Assembly: GCF_006345805.1 (NCBI RefSeq)
Contig: NC_043002.1
Coordinates: 54,126,001-54,190,000 of the forward strand
DNA: 64,000 bases
Reading direction: 5' to 3'
From: Octopus sinensis
Taxonomy: Eukaryota
Part shown: positions 41,101-52,632 of the stretch, piece by piece
Position numbering within the stretch: the stretch's first letter is position 1
Layout: every line of letters starts with the position of its first letter
Translations under genes and position numbers: made by a program
The notes under the pieces: model-generated
What the model was told of the DNA's origin: nothing
The model's database searches: none
Seen by the model: only the letters and a program-made list of their open reading frames with translations

Positions 41101-41667
41101 AAACCACCATTTGTTGTTGATGATGGATTCCGTCAAAGCCCTCTTTACTAGTGTGCTAATCCAGTCTCTGAAAGCCTGTCTCGATGGGAAAGACGCGTTT
41201 AGTTTCCAGTATCCGGGACTCTGCCTAAGTGTCTTACCTAAGTCTAGCGTACATGTCACAAGTTTGTGATCCGTGTAGCTGACTATGTGGAATTGTGGAC
41301 ATCCTATGCTATCTCTATCTACTGTCCTACACAGTATCCTATCTAGATACGATCTCGACGACCCGATGCGGTTGCTCCATGTCCACGTTGGCGCATTTGG
41401 GTGGTCTAGTCGGAACCTGTCAGATAGTTGAAAGCGTCTGAGCAGGTCTCTGAGGCATTTGCATCCCCGTCTATTCCTATCTCTACCCACGTAGTCTACA
41501 TGCGTGTCCAAGGTAACATTCCAATCCCCCACTAAGAGTAAAGGACGAGACGTTCCCAAGAATACTTCTAGACGTTGAAAGAAATCCGCCCGACCTGTTA
41601 AGGGCGGTGCGTAGATTGATACGAGTCGAAAAGCGCACCCATTGCTGCCGTCGACATCCAGGACGAC
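38140..41667 (-). mobile_element. L1/Tx1-clade LINE, 5'-truncated ORF2 (partial APE endonuclease, RT, CCHC finger)
   Basis: GDWN, YLDRI and YTDH (APE); KSPGLDG, FRPITLLNAD, DQSKAFDRV, QGCPLS and YADD (RT); CLRCGQSDETVLHALVQC. Two in-frame stops (40798 and 39458) and one frameshift near 40720; AATAAA at 38146-38151 (minus); 29-bp TSD. Confidence 0.96.
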
Positions 41668-41714
41668 AGATAGATTGGTAGGTAGATAGAGAGATAGATA
41701 GATAGATTGGTAGG

Positions 41715-41780
<66 letters not shown>

Positions 41781-41822
41781 CATACATACATACATACATA
41801 CATACATACATACATACATACA

Positions 41823-41853
<31 letters not shown>
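41668..41853. repeat. (GATA)n then (CATA)n array, right flank of the LINE
   Basis: Visible; creates the false N-terminus of ORF 40798-41883. Confidence 0.95.
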
Positions 41854-42015
41854 GAATCCGACTGTAATATGTTCTTCGAACAAAAAGTTATTTACAATAG
41901 AATTTGGATACTTTCATGTTCCAAGAGATGGTAGAAACATGATTGCGTTCTAACTTTGAATGATGTGCGATATATCCAGGTTTTAAGAGGCGCAAGTACG
42001 ACTCTAAATTATGAA

Positions 42016-42467
42016 GAAGGATTTTCAATGTTTGAAGGAGACTTAAGGTTGCTGAACTAAAGGCAAGCTCTATCAGACAAAAGTTAAAGTTAGGATTTAA
42101 TCCTTCAGAAAAAAACTGATAAGTGGAATGACTTCAAAAACGAGGTTCACCAAATTTTTGAAGGGAGTATTAGGAATTACAATATACAAATACAATACGC
42201 AATATACAAAAATGCCAGCCTTGTAAATTATCTGATAAATCGAAGGATTTTCAATGTTTGAAGGAGACTTAAGGTTGCTGAACTAAAGGCAAGCTCTATC
42301 AGACAAAAGTTAAAGTTAGGATTTAATCCTTCAGAAAAAAACTGATAAGTGGAATGACTTCAAAAACGAGGTTCACCAAAGTTTTGAAGGGAGTATTAGG
42401 AATTACAATATACAAATACAATACGCAATATACAAAAATGCCAGCCTTGTAAATTATCTGATAAATC
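42016..42467. repeat. Tandem duplication, 2 x 226 bp
   Basis: 42016-42241 equals 42242-42467 apart from one substitution that I noticed (CCAAATTTTT versus CCAAAGTTTT). Confidence 0.95.
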
Positions 42468-42946
42468 ATAACTAATGCGAAATATATCAATAATACAAAA
42501 TGAAACATGGATTTAACGATAATAAATATATACAGAGCGTATTAGCCTTGGAAATAAATTCACGTAAGCAACTCTGCCCAAAAGGAAATTTATTGGCTCA
42601 ATATAAAACGGTTAAGCCAAATATTCAAAAAGAAGCTCGAAACGTAAAAAATATGTGATGGACTACACGTTCCTGGGATCTTCATTATCACAAGACACTC
42701 ATTAAAGATTTGAATAAAATCCTTCGGTATTGTCAAGAATATTTTAGTGAGTTGCTAAATTGTTCCTCCAAGCATTGATTGGTCTTATTTACATTCTTTC
42801 AGCAAATTCCTTTCTTGATGATTTCCACTTGATGATTAGGGATGTTTTGTGCCGAGTTAGAAATGGAATACCTCCTAGCATTTATGGCATTCCGGCAGAA
42901 GTGCTCAACCTATGAACAGATAGTTTACAGGATCTCCTTCATTATC

Positions 42947-42991
<45 letters not shown>

Positions 42992-42996
<5 letters not shown>

Positions 42997-43119
42997 TTAT
43001 AGAAGGAGTTTCTACAGGACTAGAACTGTTTCATTCAAAAGAAATCATCAGGAAGCTTCCTGATGATTTCTTTTGAATGAAACAGTTCTAGTCCTGTAGA
43101 AGCTCCTTCTATAAAATAA
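42992..43119. repeat. 128-bp spacerless palindrome (63/64 paired)
   Basis: Centre AAG|CTT at 43055/43056; single mismatch at 43009. Confidence 0.97.
43054..43104 (+). ncRNA. Type I hammerhead ribozyme motif (mirror copy on minus strand at 43007-43057)
   Basis: Stem I AGCTTC/GAAGCT; CTGATGA; T-TTC-TTTT-GAA-T; GAAAC; stem III ACAG/CTGT; GUA site after 43098. Confidence 0.75.
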
Positions 43120-43189
43120 ATTAATTTACTCTGCTATGTACTGAGTACCTTATTTACTGTGGTTAACCCCGACTCAACCCAGGACCTAC

Positions 43190-43251
<62 letters not shown>

Positions 43252-44792
43252 GTAGAGAAATTACACAGTTCCTTGGGATTAGATAGATGCGTTGCTGAAG
43301 TTGTTGTACAAAGTAAAAGGGGATTAGGACATATAAGGTTATTCTCGAAGCATGTCTCTTCTCAGTGTTGTAGGGAAAATATCAAGCAGAATTGTTTTCA
43401 TGAGCTCTACAATGTCGAGAAATCCCTTCTTCACAATTATCTGCTAAACCATATCTAATGGAAAATATATTAATGATAGTTTGGGGAAAATGGTCGTAGA
43501 AACTACCGTATATTGCATATACTTTGGAAATATAGATAGGACTATCGTTAATATATTTCGTATTAGTTATGGTTTACTAGATAAAATATCGTATCAAGCT
43601 TCTAATAACTGCCTTGTAGATTATGAAAATCAATATCAAATAATTTATGAAAGTCAAATTGAAACAAACAACACAATTATAACATTCTCGTATCTCGTAA
43701 GAAATGCTAAATCTGTATGAAGTTTGTTTCCCAATTTCTCATTTTAGTCTGTCAAGAATGGGAGGCTCTACCCATTGCTCTACACTTGCAATTTCACCAA
43801 ATTCATGAAATAATTCATATAAGCCTTGCGTTAATCAAAGGTAAGCTAGTATCAAACGAATTTAATTCTTAAGACATTAAAAAGCTAACTAGAAATAAAT
43901 ATGAGATGAACTGGAACAAACATATCATTTTCATTTTCCTGACAAGTGCAGAAGACAAGTTTAGACATGTTTCACTTTTTAATATGGTCTCATTAGCGAA
44001 GTATAACTTTCTTTCTCCTAAAGAGAATCTATTGGCGTTAAAAGCTGCTTCTGTCACTTGTGATGTGTGTGGGGTGTTTGCGCCACAAAAATAAGCTTTG
44101 TATGAAATTTTCTCTTCTTTATTTTATTTTACTCGGGTTGATGGATTGTATGCCTTAATGACCCTGAGAGTCATGCCAACAAGCACAAACATCTGGGTAG
44201 AGCCTCCCATTCTTGACAGACTAATATGGGCCACTCCTATCCAGAGGTAAAAATGTGTCTGCATTAGGCCAACATCTCTACCTAGAAAAAAATAAAAGTT
44301 GCAGAAGCATCGATAACAATCCAAAACCAACAAAAGCTGGGAAAGGGCAACCCAAATGTGACAGGTAAAACTACAGTTTTATCCCGTCATATGAGGGGTA
44401 ATTTTGGATGTATATTTTTTCCACCATATCAGGTAATATGAGGAAATATAAGTTAAGGACAGTGATGAAATGAATAGTAATTTTCAAAGGAAAAATATTT
44501 ATTATCCTAAAATATAATTAAACTAATTTCTCATTTGTATAATTCCTCTCCTAGCAACTCAGTCATTGCACTCTCTTCTCTTCCCCGTTCCACCAAGCCG
44601 AGTATTTATATTCATCCAGCAGCTCATGTAAATTCCCTCTGTATCTCTCTTTCACTCTCTCTCTCTCGCTCTCCCTCTTTCCCTCTTTCTCTCCCCGTTT
44701 CCTCTATATGATGCAAAGTGTGACCGGAGAATCAATCAACCGGCCAGCCAACATTTTCAGTGGCTATATATATATATATATAATACATCAAG

Positions 44793-45050
44793 TACAGGAC
44801 ATCACCAACGAGTGAAAAATACGTAGACACACGATAAGTACGGGACAAATTACCAAAAAATATACAATAAGAACAGGACATCAAAGAGTGAAAAATACGC
44901 AAACACATAACGAGAGACAAGTACGGGACAAAATACCACGAGAAGTCTAACCCCTCCTCAGTTGTTGAATGTTAATTACTCCCTGTTTCGAGCTTTCAAC
45001 GACAATGTAGGAAAACTTCTTAAACAGTGGCATCCAGAAATTTATTAAAT
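44793..45050 (-). mobile_element. Penelope-like terminal-repeat relic with partial tandem duplication and a broken hammerhead
   Basis: Direct repeat 44793-44856 / 44873-44938. Minus strand reads ACAA-CTGAGGA-GGGG-TTAGA-CTTCTC-G[AAAC missing]...TTGT. Confidence 0.45.
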
Positions 45051-45109
45051 ATTAAATTTCTGGAGAGTTAGAGCTTCGAACGAACAGACGGTGACGAGCA
45101 ACACCTTAA

Positions 45110-45160
45110 TGGATGGATGGATGGATTGATGGATGAAAGGATAGTCAGAGAGATAGACAA

Positions 45161-45230
<70 letters not shown>

Positions 45231-45278
45231 GGACAGGCGGGCAGACGGATGGACGGGCAGACAGACAGAGAGGCAAGC

Positions 45279-45353
<75 letters not shown>

Positions 45354-45390
45354 CAGGCAGACAGGTAAACAGGCAGACAGACTGACAGAC

Positions 45391-45453
<63 letters not shown>

Positions 45454-45515
45454 GATAGAGGCAGACAGACAGACGGGCAGACAGACAGACGGGCAGGCAG
45501 ACAGACAGACAAACG

Positions 45516-45605
<90 letters not shown>

Positions 45606-45620
45606 CAGACAGATAGATAT
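45110..45620. repeat. (GGAT)/(CAGA)/(TAGA) compound microsatellite
   Basis: Directly visible. Confidence 0.95.
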
Positions 45621-45959
45621 ACGCCACATGACTAAAGAGTTATTAAGCAAACAGAAGGAGCGTGTGTATTTAGTGGCCGTGTGAATCATCCTGGTCACAT
45701 GATTAGTTCATTGCACCAGTTCTGTCTTACGTAATATATAGCGTTTTGTCTAAAGCGCAATTTCGATGATTCCGCGTTAAAATAAACTACTGATGCAATT
45801 AGTTGATCGATATTCATATTGGCTCTGTTATCAGCTTTCGAAAAAAGATATGTAAAGGCGCGTATTTGCTCGAACTAATGTAACAATGCGTTGCTCGTAG
45901 TTATAATATATTTACATTTCGTGACATGTGTCTGATAAAATCAGTTTCCACATGTTAAT

Positions 45960-46114
45960 TTAGATTATTGTTGCTGTTGTTGCTACTAATGCATTTGCTG
46001 GTAGTAACAGCATCATGCCATCAATGTTGTTATTGTTGTTGTTGGTGGTGGTGGTTGTGCTGCTACTGCTGTTGCTACGGCTGCTGCTTCTGCTGCTACT
46101 GCTGCTGCTGCTGC

Positions 46115-46147
<33 letters not shown>

Positions 46148-46180
46148 CGTTGTTGTCGTTGTTGTTGTTGTTGTTAAGCA
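45960..46180. repeat. (GTT)/(GCT) trinucleotide array
   Basis: Directly visible. Confidence 0.92.
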
Positions 46181-46583
46181 ACAAGACAATTAAGGGTGAT
46201 TAGGTGATGGTCTAAGGCTTAGGGGCAGGAGACCCCAGACCTTAGAAAAAGAAAAAAACTTTGGTCGACTTGTGTTGTAGTCGAGAGCTCTTCGTTGACG
46301 CCCGACACCACTGGGAGGTGACCCTCGAAGTCGCTGGAAATGGAGATCTCCAGGTCCAAATTCTTGGACGGCTGCTGTTGCTGTTGTTGTTGTTCAACCC
46401 TAAGTCAGCCATGCTCGAGAAAACCTATGATTGAAAATGTTCAAATTGTCACCAACCTATTTTTCATTCATTTTTTTATTTTACTTTATATATAGATATG
46501 TATATATATGTGTATGTATGTACGTATACACACACACATAGATATATATACATAGATATATATATACACATACACACACACAC

Positions 46584-46643
<60 letters not shown>

Positions 46644-46647
<4 letters not shown>

Positions 46648-46958
46648 GAAATGAAGAAAATGCTGACAAAATAATTTAAGTAAGGGAGAGTGTATTTATA
46701 GGTGAAAGTTCTTTTTACCGGTGCGCATTGTTATGCTTATCAAAAGATATTTTTAAGAGAGATAGAGTTTCTTTCCGATAGATTTTTTTCTCTTATCAAA
46801 CGATAAGAGAAAAAAATATCAGAAAGAAACTCTATCTCTCTTTTAAAATATCTTTTGATAAGCATAACAAATGCGCAACCGGTAAAAAGAACTTTCACCT
46901 AATTAAATACACTCTCCCTTACTTAAATTATTTTGTCAGCATTTTCTTCATTTCCTTT
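46644..46958. repeat. Fold-back, ~155-bp arms with 4-bp spacer, carrying a degenerate hammerhead in each arm
   Basis: Centre TCTTATC-AAAC-GATAAGA; right arm TTGATAA-GCAT-AACAA-ATGC-GCAAC-CG-GTA (46855-46884). Confidence 0.92.
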
Positions 46959-47024
46959 TTTTATATATCACAACTCGTGTTCCACATCTCCTTTTTTAAA
47001 TATATATATATATATATATATATA

Positions 47025-47395
47025 CGAGCAAAACGCCCCCCCGTCCAATGGACGGTGCTGAGTTGTCAAACATTTAAACCAAATTTTCTCAAAACAACTT
47101 GTCCGACCGTTCCATAGGCCTTCCCTTTGAGAAACACTGATTTAACCTAAATTTGAGACACCAGCAAAAAAAGAAATAAAGATAGACTTTTTCTATTCCA
47201 AGAAAAACGATTTTACAAATGCACGTTCCCACGGCTTTATCGATCGCATTCTCACCTGGAATCGATTTTTGTAATGTTTTCAAGACTTGTACACGCCCTG
47301 AAACCGTCGGTATCTACATATCAAATTTGAGCGCAATCGGATGGAGGATGCCCGAGATCCTAGAAGGCATACACACACACAGACAGAACGGATTT

Positions 47396-47400
<5 letters not shown>
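47025..47400 (-). mobile_element. Non-autonomous Helitron-like element, internally deleted copy of 13272-13850
   Basis: Near-identical ends; hairpin CCGTCCATTGGACGG then CTCG|TATA. Confidence 0.75.
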
Positions 47401-47488
<88 letters not shown>

Positions 47489-47541
47489 TGGACAAACGAA
47501 AGAAAGGGCACTCAACACATTTACAGGGAGTAACATGTAAC

Positions 47542-47703
47542 AGTTTGATTCGCATTCGGTGCTACTTCAATTTTTGGACCCTTCAATGGAGCCTCTCCTC
47601 AGGCCAGTCAGAATCAGAATCAGAATTCGAATCCTGACAAGCCTGGGGAGAAGCTCCGGTAGGGTCTTCGAAACTTGAAGTAGTGCAGAATCCGAATCAA
47701 ACT
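47542..47703. repeat. Imperfect fold-back around (TCAGAA)n with hammerhead-like arms
   Basis: AGTTTGATTCGCATTCGGTGCTACTTCAA versus TTGAAGTAGTGCAGAATCCGAATCAAACT; right arm CTGGGGA-GAAG..CTTC-GAAAC-TTGAA-GTA. Confidence 0.75.
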
Positions 47704-47723
47704 ATTTTGAACCATATATATAA

Positions 47724-48076
47724 TACCTTTTGACGTACAGATTTAAAAATAATTTTTTGTAACTAAACACTTTCAAACTTCAGACACTGGTAGAATGTAT
47801 CATATAAAACATGTTTTACTCTTAGCATTTTTGAGAAAAACTTATATTTACGAAGTTATTTCACGTTATAGCTCTCGTATATCGCTAATTTCGACCAGTC
47901 AATATACACACATATCAATACGAGAACTATAATGTGAAATAACTTCGTAAATATAAGTTTTTCTCAAAAATGCTAAGAATAAAATATGTTTTATATGACA
48001 CGTTCTACCAGTGTCCGAAGTTTGAAAGTGTTTAGTTACAAAAATTTATTTTTTTAAATCTGTACGTCAAAAGGTA
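47724..48076. mobile_element. Long-TIR fold-back element or MITE (~157-bp arms, ~37-bp spacer)
   Basis: TACCTTTTGACGTACAGATTTAAAAA... versus ...TTTAAATCTGTACGTCAAAAGGTA. No hammerhead found. Confidence 0.85.
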
Positions 48077-48329
48077 AAGATCTTATAATACAATATAGTA
48101 TAGTATAGTATAGTATAGACTAGTGCACGCTCAACACAGTTTACTTCAGTGGTGAAGTTGATGTTAGCATACATTACATCGTGAATCAAAGTTTTTATTA
48201 ATTAACGTTACACTAGTGCTTAGGAGAGTATAATCATTATGTTAACGATTAATTCTGGTCAATAGGAGCAAAGAAATCACAACCTGGAATTTAAGTTAAT
48301 TACAAATATATAAAAAATGGAATGCAGTT

Positions 48330-49875
48330 GAAGGTGAGTTTGATCTTCGGCAAAGACCAATATTTCAAAGAAGATGCTTTTGTAATATCGAGAAGAGCTA
48401 ACGGTCACACTCTCGACAGACTTAGGAAGGACCTCACTCACAACATGAATTCTCTTGGGCTAAGGGTCACAATAGAAACCAACCTGAAGTCAGTTGATTT
48501 CGCTTATTTCGTTAATGTGACCTTAGACTTGGAAGCCGGTGCTAATAGGCACTTTAGGATGCGGTGCGAGGCGCTAACATACATTAGCACAGCTTTCTGT
48601 CATTCTGACATAGTGTTCAGGAACCTGGTAAAGAGGGTCACCAGAAGAATCTTCAACCTGGCTCCAAGTAAAGATGTTTTCAACGCCGCTGCCCTATAGT
48701 ACAACGAGGTTCTGCATGCCAGCAGTTTTACGGATAGGATACGTTACACACTAGACCTTAAGCGCCCCCAAGAGAAACTTCCACCGGAAAGTCTCGTGGT
48801 TCACATCCCTTCTTCCTAGGCTTAGATACTTGTGCAGGAGAAATTTTCTGCGAACAAATAGATCCCATAAAACTTTTAATAGGCAGAGCTTAAGAGTTTC
48901 TTTCAGCTGTGCACCTAGTGTAAAGAAGATATTATTAAGTAGGCCAATACCTGAGACAGAAGTAGGCTGCTCATACAAAAGTATACACCCTCCCCATATA
49001 CCCTCTTAACGACCCCTGCAATATGGAGATAATCGTGTATGAGGCAGAGGTAATATCAAATGCTTCATTGGATAGTCAAACGTGCGGAAGTATGTGGGCG
49101 CAACAGAAGGTCTTTTCAGAACCAGATCCAACGACCATAAGTCCTCCTTCCAGATCCAGGAAAGACACAACGTGACAGCCTTGATAGACATGTGTGGTCG
49201 TTAAACGACAGCGCCAAGGATTACAGCACCAAATGGAAAATCTTAGAGAAGAGAAAGTCTATTTTGATGACAGTGGAAAATGGAGATTATGTTTAGTTGA
49301 GAAAAGAATTATATAAAAAGAAATTCTCATCTACCTAAATTATAGGAACGAGATTCTCAGCCCTTGCCCACATAAAAGAAGGTATATATTATCCTGCTTA
49401 CGGGCCCTACCATTATTATAATCACTAAGTATTTTACCATCGGCCCTCCTGCTGTTTCAACCTAAGAAGCTAGCATAGCCTTCAACCATGCCATACATTC
49501 ATGAACGCACATACGTATGTGCCCAAACATGGTGGTCAAAATGTGGGCATCCACCAAACGCCCCCAAACCCTACACATATACCAACCCTTTAAAACACCA
49601 CTACCCTGCACAGTTTTCACTCACCAGGCTCTTGCTGTAGTTTGGGGCCAAGGGACATAACTCTTGATAAACCACCTACTTTGCTGTCTCCCGCAACTTT
49701 GTTTCGTCTTTTATCACAACACCCACAAACCGAATATGACATTTCTCACCTCCAATGATAGATAGAACTTACCATATGTTTTTCAAACCTGACGTCTCTG
49801 AAGAGCATGTTGTTTTAACTAACCGCTCTGTTATCTAATATCCGGTTGTCTAACACCCAGTGTGAAACCGATGGG
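48330..49875 (+). mobile_element. Decayed Penelope-like element: RT C-terminus, GIY-YIG endonuclease and 3' terminal repeat
   Basis: LRVTIETNLKSVDF..NVTLDL, NRQSLRVSFSC, IIVYEAEV, KYVGATEGLFRTRSNDHKSSF (49088-49150), LNYRNEILSPCPHKRRY; CTGAAGA (49798) ... GAAACCG (49864). Many stops and frameshifts. Confidence 0.85.
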
Positions 49876-50346
49876 TAAGATCGACTGAAATTGATCTGCC
49901 TCATTTATGTATTCTTAGACGACTCTGTGTGTGTTTGTGTGCGTATCTGTGTGTGTTAGTGTGTGCGTGCTTACATACATATATTTATAAATATGTGCAC
50001 ATACATATATACTTACATATATGGTGTGTGAGAAAATGTATGCATGTATTATGTGTGTGTATGTATGTATGTATGTATGTATGTATGTATGTATGTATGT
50101 ATGTATGTATGTATGTATGTATGTATGTATATGCATATGTTTTATTTATTAAATTATTATTATATGATTGAACGCACGCATCTTCCTCCAAGTAAGTTTT
50201 ATTTCAATAATTATGACGCGCACTCTTAACTCTTTACTTGACCTTTCCTCCCTGCCTGTCTGTCTTCCTATCTACCTGTCTCTCACCTCTTATTTTTCAT
50301 CCTTTCTGGTTTCTTCTCCTCTCCCTTTCACCGTTCTCTCTCTCTA

Positions 50347-50393
<47 letters not shown>

Positions 50394-51112
50394 GCCTTGT
50401 ACTCTGTTCTTTCGTTGTTAAAAAAAAGTCCGTTTCCTTGTTTTGTTTTTATGTTTTCGTTTTTCGTTGAGTTCTACGTTTTTTTTGTGGTGTCCTGTAC
50501 CCATATATGCATGTATATATACATATAGATGTAGGTATGTACATGTATGTATGTATGTATGTATGCATATGTTTTATTTATTAGTTATGTATGTATGTAT
50601 GTATGTATGTATGCATGCGATAGTAGATGAACTTTGCCACCTTCAGATGAGGTGTTCCCAAATCAGGATAAATTTATTCCCGAGGGTATAAATTTTGTCC
50701 ATCCAGGGGCGGGCTAAATTTGCTGATTCTTGATCTGTACATTCTGTGTTTTCAATTATATCTTTTTAAGAAACCTAAGTTTTATGGCGCTTTACAAGTA
50801 ACCGAGTGTTTGGAAGCCTTTTCTCAAATACTGGCACAAACTGTAGAGGTTGATATTTGCTGCGGCAACAAACTATGTTCCTAGCATATATATCTTTTTA
50901 TTATTTTTTATCGTTTATATTTTTTAGTCATTACACTGAAACCATGCTGGGGCACCGTGAGAGGGTTTTTGTTTGTTTGTTTTTTCCCCTTTCATTTGAA
51001 GTATTTTTGCTGTTCTATGTGAGTATGAGACGTTACGGCAGTCTTTTTGGCGCCGCCTATTTAGCATTGCTGATTCAACGCTTACATATTTGACGTTAGA
51101 CGTTTTTATGTT

Positions 51113-51172
<60 letters not shown>

Positions 51173-51391
51173 TCTTTCTCTCTCTCCCTCTCGCTCGCTT
51201 GCTCTCTACCTTTCTATTTGCCTCTGCATATTTCTGCGCATATATGCATGAGTGAGTATTTGCTCCCAACGTAAAGATGTATCGTTGCCTGTCAGCCGTG
51301 CTAGATCACCAGCGCCAAACACCGGCACCCAATCGTCACATTCTGGTTTAATAGAAGCCAAAACAAAACTATCATACTCCTTGAAAATGTA

Positions 51392-51606
51392 ATGCATTGT
51401 GGTTTATAAATAAGCTCGCTTTGCTACTACGTGGTATTGGGTTCAGTCCCATTGCGGGGTATTTTGGGTGCGAGTGTTCTCTTTTATAGTCCCGGAACGA
51501 CCAATGCCTTCTGAATGAGTTTGATACAAGGAAACTATGCGGAAGATCGTTGTGTGTGTGTGTCTGTCTGTCTGTCTGTCTGTCTATGTGTGTGTGTGTG
51601 TGTGTG

Positions 51607-51641
<35 letters not shown>

Positions 51642-51679
51642 GTGTATGTGTGTGTGTGTGTGTCTGTCTGTCTGTCTAT

Positions 51680-51736
<57 letters not shown>

Positions 51737-51896
51737 CCTTTCTTTGTTCCCTCGCTTGAAACTGGCGTCGCTTTGTTTTGCGTCCCCATAACTTAAGAGC
51801 TCGGAAAAAGAGACCGATGGGAAAAGTACCAGCACTGCAATCGGTATTCTTCAAGGCCGTGCCCTAACACGCCCTTAACTAAAACAAGTAAAAGAA
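51392..51896 (+). mobile_element. Diverged SINE family A with expanded internal (GT)/(CTGT) array
   Basis: GGGTTCAGTCCC, CCAATGCCTTCTGAATGAGTTTG and the AAACAAGTAAAAG tail. Confidence 0.8.
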
Positions 51897-52142
51897 ATAG
51901 ATCGATAGTAGTTAGAATAAGTACGTACGAAGAGATAGTTTTTATTATATTTCGTTAATGAGTCTATCGTGCATTTTCTGTTAGATTTGTGAGTAGTAAG
52001 GCCGTTTATAATAGTCTGGAGCCATTGTTCTCTTTTATTCAGCTTCAGACGAATAATTTCATCTTGTAAGACTTCTTCGTAGCTTTTGCTGTCGTTAATT
52101 CTTAACCTCCCCATTCTCTATCATTCTCCCTCTCCCTCTCTT

Positions 52143-52216
<74 letters not shown>

Positions 52217-52223
52217 CATAAAA

Positions 52224-52466
52224 GGTAAAGGGCAAAGACCCCCTTCGGTCATGAATAACCATGGGATTGTACCTAGAAAGTTCCCCTCCAAGGCACAAGT
52301 CTGGGCAAGGTAGTTTTATAGAAGACCAACAGTAGCCCATGCTGGAACTAGAGCAACGTGAAATAAAGTGTCTTGCTCAAGAAGACTACACACAACCTGG
52401 TCCGGGAACTGAACTCACTACCTCATGATTGTGAGCCTGACACTCTAACCACTGAACCATGCACCT
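52224..52466 (-). mobile_element. SINE family D
   Basis: Reverse complement of 6056-6392, with internal deletion. Confidence 0.85.
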
Positions 52467-52469
52467 ACT

Positions 52470-52487
52470 ACAACTAGTAGTAGTAGT

Positions 52488-52563
<76 letters not shown>

Positions 52564-52569
52564 CAGTAA

Positions 52570-52630
<61 letters not shown>

Positions 52631-52632
52631 CA
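52470..52632. repeat. (TAG)n/(CAG)n array
   Basis: Directly visible. Confidence 0.97.

Noticed and set aside
38603-41269. Plus-strand ORFs over the LINE (e.g. 40817-41269, 39321-39605)
   Set aside because: Antisense shadows of the GC-rich ORF2.
41483-41883. Apparent N-terminus of ORF 40798-41883 (MFEEH...MYVC...LSIY)
   Set aside because: It is read-through into the flanking microsatellite; LINE homology stops at 41667.
44110-44400. Resemblance to an RTE 5' UTR; also an RTE-like RWLDNI fragment near 62605-62640
   Set aside because: Each rests on a single short recalled motif and needs a repeat-library search.
46200-46380. GC-rich segment (minus QQQPSKNLDLEISISSDFEG...)
   Set aside because: Possibly a LINE ORF1 fragment, but unassignable.
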